Shown piece after piece: positions 56,518-64,000 of a DNA stretch of 64,000 nt (position 1 is the stretch's first letter; every line of letters starts with the position of its first letter). Origin of the DNA: Deltaproteobacteria bacterium (lineage in GTDB: Bacteria > Myxococcota > JACRCW01); contig JACRCW010000085.1 in NCBI GenBank assembly GCA_016218805.1, positions 62,001-126,000 of the forward strand, read 5' to 3'. The position numbers and the translations under genes are program-made. A model generated the notes under the pieces. That model saw only the letters and a list, made by a program, of their open reading frames with translations, had not been told where the DNA came from and made no database searches.

Positions 56518-57345
56518 GTGACTGAACTCGTCCTCGACGTCGCGCGGAGCAGCCGCCAGCAGGTGGTCGAGGCCATCGTGCTCGCCTTCCGGCACTCGCT
56601 GCTGGGCTCGCTGTTCAAGGACGACCGGATGGCCAACCTGTTCACCGAGAACTGGTCCAAGATCAGTCCGCGCGAGGGCGTGCTCTCCATCAAGGGCATG
56701 ATGGACGTGTTCAAGGCGGTCCCGGGGTACGACTTTGACAAGGCCCTGCCCGCGCTGTGCCGCCTCAAGACCTGGGAGCCGTACCTGAAGATGCAGGTGG
56801 AGGTCCCCGGCGAATTCGTGATGAAGAAGATCATCGACTACCAGGCCAAGGCTGCGTCGTGCCGCGTGCCGGACACGGAGCTGGCCAAGGTGCTGCCCTC
56901 GGCCGCGCAGGCGCTGTCGGTGTTCTCAGGGCGCGCCCGCCCCATCTCCGCGCGGCAGCCCGTGGTGACGGAGGCCGCGCCCCCCCGCGGCCGGGCGGTG
57001 ATCATGATTGTGGCGGGCGTCCTGGCGGGCCTGCTGGTGGCGGGTGGCGGCGCGGCGTTCCTGCTCACGCGGGAGACCCCGCAGCCGGTGGCGGTGGCGC
57101 TGGTTTCTGACGAGATCCCGCTGGCCAGCGCGGAGCGGCTGGGTGACACGGTGACCGCACGGCTCAAGGACCGCGTGTGGCTCACCTTCCCCAAGGCGGA
57201 CCGCCACGAGCAGGTCACGCGCACCCTGGAGCGCTCCACGCGCATCCCGCGCGTCATGGCGCTGAAGCTGGTGGATGAGGCGGGGAAGGTGGTGGCGGAG
57301 GGGCGGTTGGTGGGGACGCAGTCACAGGTGGAGCTGCGCGAGTAG
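56518..57345 (+). CDS. Hypothetical single-pass membrane protein
   Basis: GGAGG plus GTG start; soluble N-domain, one TM (VIMIVAGVLAGLLVAGGGAAFLL), C-terminal domain. Confidence 0.75.
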   Translation: MTELVLDVARSSRQQVVEAIVLAFRHSLLGSLFKDDRMANLFTENWSKISPREGVLSIKGMMDVFKAVPGYDFDKALPALCRLKTWEPYLKMQVEVPGEFVMKKIIDYQAKAASCRVPDTELAKVLPSAAQALSVFSGRARPISARQPVVTEAAPPRGRAVIMIVAGVLAGLLVAGGGAAFLLTRETPQPVAVALVSDEIPLASAERLGDTVTARLKDRVWLTFPKADRHEQVTRTLERSTRIPRVMALKLVDEAGKVVAEGRLVGTQSQVELRE

Positions 57346-57348
57346 CGC

Positions 57349-58812
57349 TCAGCGCATGCCGGCGGGCGGCCAGTCCTGCGCCGCCACGGGCTCAAACGTT
57401 TCGCCCGCCAGCACCTGTTCCAGCACACCCGGCCGCGCCACCACGACGACGACGGTCCGCGCCGGGTCCAGGAACGCGCCGGCGTGGGCCACGCCTTCCG
57501 CGGGGTCCATGGCCCACAACAGCGCCGGCGTCCGCCAGCTTTCACCCGGGTGCAGTCCCAGGCGGAACTCGTCCAGCACGGCCGCCGCCAGGTCTGAGAC
57601 CCCGTCCACCCCGGCCGCGTGCGCCAGCGCGTTGGCGCGCGCCGCGCGGCGGAACGCGTCTGCGCTCACCTGCCCGGCGGCCGCGGCCGCCAGCGCGCGG
57701 CGGGCGGACCGCAGCACCTGGGCCGCGTCTCGCGCGGATGCGGAGGTCCCAAGGTACCAGGCCGCTCCCAGCCGCGCGGGCAGCAGCCCGGCCTCCACGC
57801 CGTACACCAGGCCGCGCCGCGTGCGCAGTTCGGCCACCAGCGTGGACGAGAAACCGTTGGCCAGCGTCTCCAGGACCGCGCCCAGCGCCGCGGCGGGCGC
57901 GCTCCCCGGCGGCGGCGCACGCCCACCCAGGCGCAGGTAGACGGTGTCTCCCACGTCGGCTGTGACGCCCACCACGGCGGCGCGGGAGTCGCCCCGCGCG
58001 GGCGCGGGTGCAGGCGGCAGGTGGGCGGCCTGGACATCAGCCGCGGGCCGGCACTCCGCCACGGCAGCAGCCAGCCAGGAGGTGTCCGGCGCGGAGATCA
58101 CCAGCAGCGCCCCGGCTGACCGTGCAGCCGCGCGGTGGAACGCGCGCAGCGCGTCGGGAGGGGGCAGGTCGTCCGGGGCGGGGACGGGGGGAAGCGCCAG
58201 CGCGTGGCCCGGGAACACGCGGGACAGCAGCACGTCCTCCGCCAGGCCCGGCGTACCCTGGGCGCGCTCGGCATCCAGGTCGGCCGCGCGGTCCAGCGCC
58301 AGGCGGACGTCGTCATCATTCCAGGCGGGCCGAAACGCGGTGGCACACGCCACGCGCAGCGCATCCCGCGCGTGCGCCGCCGGCCCGCGCGCCTCCAGCA
58401 CCACCTGCTCCGGCCACGCGGAGGACCGAAGGGTCACGCCGTGCTCATCCAGCCAGCGCCCCGCCTCCTCGCCCCCCGCCAACGCCAGCGGCCCGCCGTC
58501 CGCCGCCGGCACCCACGCGGAGCCCTCCTCCAACAGCAACGCCAGCACCGCCGCGGCACCGCGCGTTGCCGCCGTCTCATGCAGGCTGCCGGCGGGCAGC
58601 GCCAGGAGCAGTGCAAAGCGGCTCTCGTCCGCGTCCCGCGCCAGCCGCGCCACCATCAGCCCGTGCGCCGTGGTGAAGTGCGTCAGCTCCGGCCCCGGCC
58701 ACTGCAGCGCAGGCGGCAGGCCGCTGGGAGCGGGTGCCGCCGGCGCGCGGCCGCCGGAACAACCGGTGGCCACCAGCAGCGCCAGCACCAGGACGCGCGG
58801 CGGCCCCGTCAC
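57349..58812 (-). CDS. M16 peptidase-like non-catalytic subunit, lipoprotein
   Basis: Lipobox ATGC; lacks HxxEH; FSS.L..ELR.RRGLVY motif; GTGA overlap. Confidence 0.8.
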   Translation of the reverse strand: MTGPPRVLVLALLVATGCSGGRAPAAPAPSGLPPALQWPGPELTHFTTAHGLMVARLARDADESRFALLLALPAGSLHETAATRGAAAVLALLLEEGSAWVPAADGGPLALAGGEEAGRWLDEHGVTLRSSAWPEQVVLEARGPAAHARDALRVACATAFRPAWNDDDVRLALDRAADLDAERAQGTPGLAEDVLLSRVFPGHALALPPVPAPDDLPPPDALRAFHRAAARSAGALLVISAPDTSWLAAAVAECRPAADVQAAHLPPAPAPARGDSRAAVVGVTADVGDTVYLRLGGRAPPPGSAPAAALGAVLETLANGFSSTLVAELRTRRGLVYGVEAGLLPARLGAAWYLGTSASARDAAQVLRSARRALAAAAAGQVSADAFRRAARANALAHAAGVDGVSDLAAAVLDEFRLGLHPGESWRTPALLWAMDPAEGVAHAGAFLDPARTVVVVVARPGVLEQVLAGETFEPVAAQDWPPAGMR

Positions 58813-60128
58813 GGTGGTTCCCCGGCAACCACCGCCACCCGCGCCAGCGCGCCGGGTTGACGCAGCGCCTCGGCACGGCGGCGCACATCCAGGCTGCGCA
58901 CGCCCCACACATCGCGCTGGCGGGCCGCGTGCGCGCCCGGCCGGCCCAGCAGCGCCGTGTCCACCGCCAGGCGCTCCGCCAGCCCCACGTGCCACCCCAC
59001 CTCCTTCTGCAGCGACGTGACGACGTAACCGCGCGCCGCATCCAGCGCGCCCGGTGCGGGACCCCCGTCCGCCAGCGCGGCCAGCACCGCCGCCAGGTGC
59101 GCCTCCACCAGGTCCGCGTGCCCGGGTTCCGGCGCCTGGGCGGTGATCACCAGGTCGCCGTGGTGCGCTTGCGGGCGGTACTCGGTGTGGAACTCGGTAC
59201 CCGGACCGGGCGACGGTGGGTCCGGCAACCGCGCGGCCGCATCCCCGTCCAGCAGGCGCGCCAGCACGCGGTCCACCGCTTCTCCCGGCGAGCCCAGCGC
59301 GGCCGCCCGCGCGCCCCACACCACCGCTCCGGCGCGGCCGCGCATCACGCTCAGGCGGGCATCCACCGGCCCCGGGGGCGGACCCGGCCGCGGTGCGCCG
59401 GGGAGCACCGTGGCGGGCCGCCATGACGTCATGGCAGCGCGCAGCACGGGCAGCGCTTCAGCAGGGTCAACCGCGCCGGCCAGCACCAGCACGGACCGCC
59501 CGGGCTCCAGGTGCGCGGAGGCCCACGCGCGCACCTCCGCCGGCGCAATGGCCGCCACCTCCGCGGGCCACCCCAGCACCGGCCGCCCGAACGCGTGCGC
59601 CCCCCACAGCCGCGCCACCACACCCTCGTCGGCGGCGGCCAGCGGTGGTTCCTCCACGCGGAAGCGCCGCTCGTCGGCCACCACGCGCTTCTCCCGGGCC
59701 AGGTCCGCGTCCGTGAACTCCAGCCGCGCCAGGCGCGCGGCGTGGACGGCCACCGCTTCGCGCAGGACCGCCGGGCTGAACTCCTCCACCAGCACCGTGT
59801 AGTCCCCCAGCGTGAACGCGTTGGACCGCAACCCCAGCGCCTCCGCGTGCGCGTCCGAGCGCGGGCCCGCACCACCGCCGGATTCAAACAGCAGGTGCTC
59901 CGCCAGGTGTGCCAGCCCGGAGCGCCCCGGCGGGTCCGTGGTGGCGCCGCCCGGCACCACGGTGGCCATCCCGCACCACGGCACCCGCCCGCGCGGCACC
60001 ACCACCACCCGCAGGCCGTTGTCCAGCACCGCCTCCACCCGCGCGCGCGTTTCCCAGGACCGGGCGCCCTCCTCCACCCAGGCCGGCACCGGCGCCGCGC
60101 CGGCCATCCATGCCAGCAGCGCCAGCAT
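58809..60128 (-). CDS. M16 (insulinase-family) zinc peptidase, catalytic subunit
   Basis: LDNGLRVV, GLAHLAEHLLF (HxxEH), NAFT, EKRVVADE; TGATG overlap. Confidence 0.88.
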   Translation of the reverse strand: MLALLAWMAGAAPVPAWVEEGARSWETRARVEAVLDNGLRVVVVPRGRVPWCGMATVVPGGATTDPPGRSGLAHLAEHLLFESGGGAGPRSDAHAEALGLRSNAFTLGDYTVLVEEFSPAVLREAVAVHAARLARLEFTDADLAREKRVVADERRFRVEEPPLAAADEGVVARLWGAHAFGRPVLGWPAEVAAIAPAEVRAWASAHLEPGRSVLVLAGAVDPAEALPVLRAAMTSWRPATVLPGAPRPGPPPGPVDARLSVMRGRAGAVVWGARAAALGSPGEAVDRVLARLLDGDAAARLPDPPSPGPGTEFHTEYRPQAHHGDLVITAQAPEPGHADLVEAHLAAVLAALADGGPAPGALDAARGYVVTSLQKEVGWHVGLAERLAVDTALLGRPGAHAARQRDVWGVRSLDVRRRAEALRQPGALARVAVVAGEPP

Positions 60129-61648
60129 CACGTGGGCGGATTCAACCGGCGGCGCGGCGGCAGCGCCGTCACGCCACCGCGCAGCAGGGACAGCGTGCGG
60201 CACAGCGCGGCACGCAGTTCCTCGGGCAACACCACGCGGTCCACCAGGCCCGCCTCCGCCGCGGCGTGCGCGCGGTCGCGTTCGCGGATGAAGGTCTGCT
60301 TGCGCGCTGCCAGTTCCTCCTCCGTCAACTCCGCCCCGTGCGCCAGGATGGCCGCCGCCGCGTCCGCACCCACCACGTCATAGCGCGCGTGCGGCAGCGC
60401 CAGGACCACGTCACCGGTGTACGCCAGCACGGACGCCCCCCCGTAGCTCTTCCCCAGCACCACGCTCACCCGCGGCACGCCGGCCGCGCCGTAGGCGGAC
60501 AACAGCTTGGCCCCGTGCAACAGGATGCCGCCCTGCTCCTGGCTGCGCCCCGGCACAAACCCCGGCACGTCCGCCAACGTCACAATGGGCAGGTTGAACG
60601 CCCCGCACAGCTGCACAAACCGCGCGCCCTTGCGCGCCGCTTCCACGTCCAGCGCGCCCGCCCGGTGCCGCGGCTGGCTGGCCACCACGCCCACCGCGTG
60701 CCCGTCCAGCCGGGCGAGCGCGGTCACCAGGTTGCGCGCGTAGCGCGGGGACCACTCCAGCAGCGAGTCACGGTCCACCACCGCCTGCACCACCGGCAGC
60801 ACGTCATACGCCTTGCGCCGGGACACCGGGAGCAGGTCCCACAACTCCGGCGTGGCCCGGCCGGGCGGGTCCCCCGTGTCCCGCACCGGCGCGGAGCCGT
60901 CAAAGCGTGACGGCAGGTAGGACAGCAGGCGGCGCGCGGCGTCCACGGCCGCGGCGTCGTCCGGAACCACCAGGTTGGCCGCACCGCTCACGGTGGCGTG
61001 CATCACCGCACCACCCAGGTCCTCCATCGGCGTGTCTTCGCCCGTGATGGTGCGGGTGACCTTGGAGCCGGTGATGAACATGAACCCCCACGGCTCCACC
61101 ATCACCACGCTGTCCGCCAGCGCCGCGGTGTACGCCGCCGCCCCCACGCACAGCCCGCACACCACCGCCACCTGCGGCACCACGCCGGAGGCCTCCACGG
61201 ACGCGCGGATGATCTCGCCGTAACCGCGGATGGCACCCGGTCCCTCGTCCACCCGCGCGCCGTCGCTGTCATGCAGGCCCACCACCGGGAAACCGTGCGC
61301 CAACGCGTGCCGGTACAACCGCACCACCTTGCCCGCGCCGTCCTCGCCCAGCGCGCCGCGGCGCACCGTCACATCATGCGCAAACGCCGCCACACCCCGC
61401 CCGTCCACCCGCCCCACCGCGGTGACCACGCCGTCCCCGCGCGCCCGTTCCGCGCCGCGGCCCCGGTGTGTCACGTGCCGGCCCAGCTCGTCGTACTCGC
61501 CGCCGTCAAACAGCCGCGCCAGCCGGTCACGCGCCGTGAGCCGCCCCAGCTTCCTCTGGCGCTCCAACCGGTGGCGGCCGCCGCCCGCCTCCGCGGCTTC
61601 CTCCTCGGCGCGCCACGCCTCCGTCATGCGTTCCCTGTCGCTGGCCAC
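60128..61648 (-). CDS. Acyl-CoA carboxylase carboxyltransferase subunit
   Basis: GRLTARDRL..LFD, DGVVT, DSDGAR, DLGGA..H, KGARFV.LC.AFNLP, DVPGF.PG, KSYGGA. Confidence 0.92.
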   Translation of the reverse strand: MASDRERMTEAWRAEEEAAEAGGGRHRLERQRKLGRLTARDRLARLFDGGEYDELGRHVTHRGRGAERARGDGVVTAVGRVDGRGVAAFAHDVTVRRGALGEDGAGKVVRLYRHALAHGFPVVGLHDSDGARVDEGPGAIRGYGEIIRASVEASGVVPQVAVVCGLCVGAAAYTAALADSVVMVEPWGFMFITGSKVTRTITGEDTPMEDLGGAVMHATVSGAANLVVPDDAAAVDAARRLLSYLPSRFDGSAPVRDTGDPPGRATPELWDLLPVSRRKAYDVLPVVQAVVDRDSLLEWSPRYARNLVTALARLDGHAVGVVASQPRHRAGALDVEAARKGARFVQLCGAFNLPIVTLADVPGFVPGRSQEQGGILLHGAKLLSAYGAAGVPRVSVVLGKSYGGASVLAYTGDVVLALPHARYDVVGADAAAAILAHGAELTEEELAARKQTFIRERDRAHAAAEAGLVDRVVLPEELRAALCRTLSLLRGGVTALPPRRRLNPPT

Positions 61649-61746
61649 GCCCACCTCCACCGTTGGAACTGTTTCACGCGCCGCCGAGCCGGAAATCAAG
61701 CACCGGCCTTGCGGGTGCACCCACGCCGCGTCACACTCCGCCGCGC

Positions 61747-62799
61747 ATGCTGCAACGCCTGCTGTCCGCCACGGCCGCCCAGTTGGATCGGGCGGTGAGC
61801 CACGCCGCCGTGGGCCTGCTGTCCCGCCACAAGGTGGCCACGCTGGACCACCCGGCGCGCGTCACCGCCCTGCGCGGCCTGGTGCAGCGCTATGCGGACC
61901 CCGCCTTCCGCGCCGAGCCGGACCGCTTCTTCCCGCGCGTGTCCGCCACGGTGGACGCCGTGCACGCGGGAACTCGGGGCGCGCTGGAGGTCACCGACCT
62001 GTCCTGGGACAGCCGGTTTCACCCGTTTTCCGACGACGTGGCCGCCACCTATGACCGTGACCCGCGCAACCGCCGCGCCTACGCGCGGCTGTACTCCGTG
62101 GGGGAGGGCGGCCGCCCCGCCGTGGTGCTGGTGCACGGGTTCCTGTGCGGCCAGTGGTCCGTGGAGGAGAAACTCTGGCCGCTGGCGGCGTTTTCGCGGT
62201 GGGGGCTGGATGCGGCGCTGCTGGTGCTCCCGTTCCACGCCCTGCGCAGCGCACCCATGTCACGCCCGCGCTTTCCCGGCGCGGACCCGCGCCTCAACAT
62301 TGAAGGCTTCCGCCAGTCCATCCAGGACCTGCGCGTGCTGGTGGAGTTCCTGCGCGCGCGCGGCGCCACCGCGGTGGGGCTGATGGGCATGAGCCTGGGC
62401 GGCTACGTGTCCGCACTGGCCGCTACATTGGACCCATTTGACTTTGTTGTGCCGATGATTCCATTGGGTTCTATTGCGGACTTTGCCCGTGACGGCGGAC
62501 GCCTGGGCGGCACCCCCGACGAGCGCTACCTGCAGCACCGCCTGTTGGATGACTGCTACGGCGTGGTCAGCCCGTTCTCCCGCCCGCCGCGCGTCCGCCC
62601 CGAGGCGGCCCTGGTCATCACCGGTGACGGCGACCGCGTGACCCCCGCCAACCACGCGCGCCGCCTGGCGGACCATTTCCAGGCGCGCCTGCACGTGTTC
62701 CACGGCGGACACCTGCTGCAATTCGGCCGCGCGCACGGCTTCCGGGCCGTCGGCACCATGCTGGATCGCCTCGGGTTGCGGCACCGCGCTGCCGGGTGA
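61747..62799 (+). CDS. Alpha/beta hydrolase (ABHD18/DUF2048-like)
   Basis: VLVHG, LPFH..R, GMSLGGY, GDGD, GGH. Confidence 0.85.
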   Translation: MLQRLLSATAAQLDRAVSHAAVGLLSRHKVATLDHPARVTALRGLVQRYADPAFRAEPDRFFPRVSATVDAVHAGTRGALEVTDLSWDSRFHPFSDDVAATYDRDPRNRRAYARLYSVGEGGRPAVVLVHGFLCGQWSVEEKLWPLAAFSRWGLDAALLVLPFHALRSAPMSRPRFPGADPRLNIEGFRQSIQDLRVLVEFLRARGATAVGLMGMSLGGYVSALAATLDPFDFVVPMIPLGSIADFARDGGRLGGTPDERYLQHRLLDDCYGVVSPFSRPPRVRPEAALVITGDGDRVTPANHARRLADHFQARLHVFHGGHLLQFGRAHGFRAVGTMLDRLGLRHRAAG

Positions 62800-62817
62800 C
62801 GTCCGGTTGACGTGGCA

Positions 62818-63077
62818 CCCCGCACCGCGTGCCTTGCCCCCCCGCACCGCGTGCCTTGCCTCCCCGCACCGCGCGCCTTGCTGCCCCGCACCGCGCGCCT
62901 TGCTACCCCGCACCGCGCGCCTTGCTACCCCGCACCGCGCGCCTAGCCCCACCGTCCCGCATGCCTCGCCCCCCCGTCCCGCATGCCTCGCCCCCCCGTC
63001 CCGCACGCCTTGCTACCCCCTCCCGCATGCCTCGCCCCCCCGTCCCGCATGCCTTGCTACCCCCTCCCGCATGCCTG
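62818..63077. repeat. 22-bp tandem repeat array, about 12 units in two sub-types
   Basis: Units start every 22 bp from 62818; units 1-6 CCCCGCACCGCGYGCCTWGCYN, units 7-12 CMCCSTCCCGCAYGCCTYGCYM. Confidence 0.9.
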
Positions 63078-63208
63078 AGTGTGGCGTTTTCACAGCGGTT
63101 TATTCCATGCAGGCCTGTGTGGCCCGCAAGCTGGTTGGCTTGTTGAATCGGTGGGGGCGGACGGAGCGCACCGGGTGGGCTGCCGCCAAATGGGCGAGGC
63201 GGTCGCGT

Positions 63209-63916
63209 TCAGCCGGGCAGCGCCGGCAGGACCGCGTCAATGTCCGGGTCCGCCGGTTCCGCCGGGGTGGCGGGTGCACCACGCCGGGTGGCGGGCGGGT
63301 TGCGCAATGCCGCCGCTTCCTTGGACCGGTCACCGAACTTCGCCCGGACCAACTTCCGGAAAGTCGTGAAATCGGCCATGGCAGCCGCAGAGGCGGCGGC
63401 CAGTTCGGCGGTTGTCAGGTCCGCACCGTCTGACGCCTGGTCCGCTTCAGCCGCTTCCTTGTCGTAGGTCGCGCGCAGGGGACGCAGCGTATTGAGCGCC
63501 TCCTCGGCAAACTCAAAGCGGCGCTGCAGCAGCGGAACATTGCCGTCCGTGTCGCGTTTGAGTTCCGTTTCCAGGTGATCCACCAGGGCGTCCATATTGA
63601 TGGCGAAATCGTCCTCGCCCGTGGTGCCGGACCGGAACTCCGCCAACATCAGCCCCGGGTCCACCGCCAGGCATTGGAGCCGGCTGGTTGCGTAGGCGTG
63701 ACCCAATGGCGCCAGCGCGGTGTTCTTTTCCGCGACTTCCTTCTTCCGTGCCCGCAACGCCGCGGCATTGGCGCGCGCCGCCTTCAGCAGCGTGTCCAAC
63801 CGGCCTTGCAGCACCGGGCCCCACTTCTGGCCGGACACCCAGGTGGGGTTGGCTGCACAACACGTCGTGCAGCGACGCGTACGAATCGCAAGGTCCCGCA
63901 ATGACATCTCCGCCAT
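63209..63916 (-). CDS. Hypothetical helical protein
   Basis: Coiled-coil-like Ala/Glu/Lys-rich ORF; GGGGAG upstream; CTTCC near the N-terminus; Pro/Ala-rich tail. Confidence 0.65.
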   Translation of the reverse strand: MAEMSLRDLAIRTRRCTTCCAANPTWVSGQKWGPVLQGRLDTLLKAARANAAALRARKKEVAEKNTALAPLGHAYATSRLQCLAVDPGLMLAEFRSGTTGEDDFAINMDALVDHLETELKRDTDGNVPLLQRRFEFAEEALNTLRPLRATYDKEAAEADQASDGADLTTAELAAASAAAMADFTTFRKLVRAKFGDRSKEAAALRNPPATRRGAPATPAEPADPDIDAVLPALPG

Positions 63917-64000
63917 GATCAACGACTCCCCTCGCGCGGTGTGGTTGAGGTTGAACGGCCGCGCGGCGCGCCGAATAGGCGAGTTCCTTTGCGGAAGGCA

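Noticed and set aside
62807..63433. ORFs across the 22-bp array, and a CRISPR call for the array
   Set aside because: The units are contiguous with no unique spacers, and the 22-bp period gives only frame-cycling low-complexity peptides
1..64000. tRNA, rRNA, integrase, transposase or phage genes
   Set aside because: No recognisable signatures by eye; tRNAscan-SE, Rfam and ISEScan were not run

Overview
High-GC (about 70% by eye), gene-dense bacterial chromosomal window, most consistent with a Myxococcota-type genome: many lipoproteins, three MYXO-CTERM-like sorting tails and strong TCGA avoidance. About 50 CDS are supportable. Housekeeping genes include rlmE, xth, putA, an RND efflux pair, an acyl-CoA carboxylase carboxyltransferase, an M16 peptidase pair and GT2/GT4 glycosyltransferases. 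I saw no rRNA, tRNA, CRISPR array or transposase. Main candidates for something new: (1) a five-gene cluster at 50087-54033 with a divergent DUF692/MNIO oxidase, a partner protein, an Ntn-hydrolase, an atypical GNAT and a C39-like cysteine protease, lying head-to-head with a CopZ-like chaperone and lacking a visible precursor peptide; (2) a circularly permuted esterase lipoprotein; (3) a membrane spermidine-synthase-like protein fused to a 4Fe-4S-type membrane domain; (4) a dedicated exosortase/VIT-PEP-CTERM operon; (5) a lipoprotein built from four ~265-aa repeats; (6) non-coding structures, namely a REPIN-like element, an orphan operator palindrome, a triplicated RBS and a 22-bp tandem array. 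All family calls are motif recognition by eye, with no database searches, and start codons are my best estimates.
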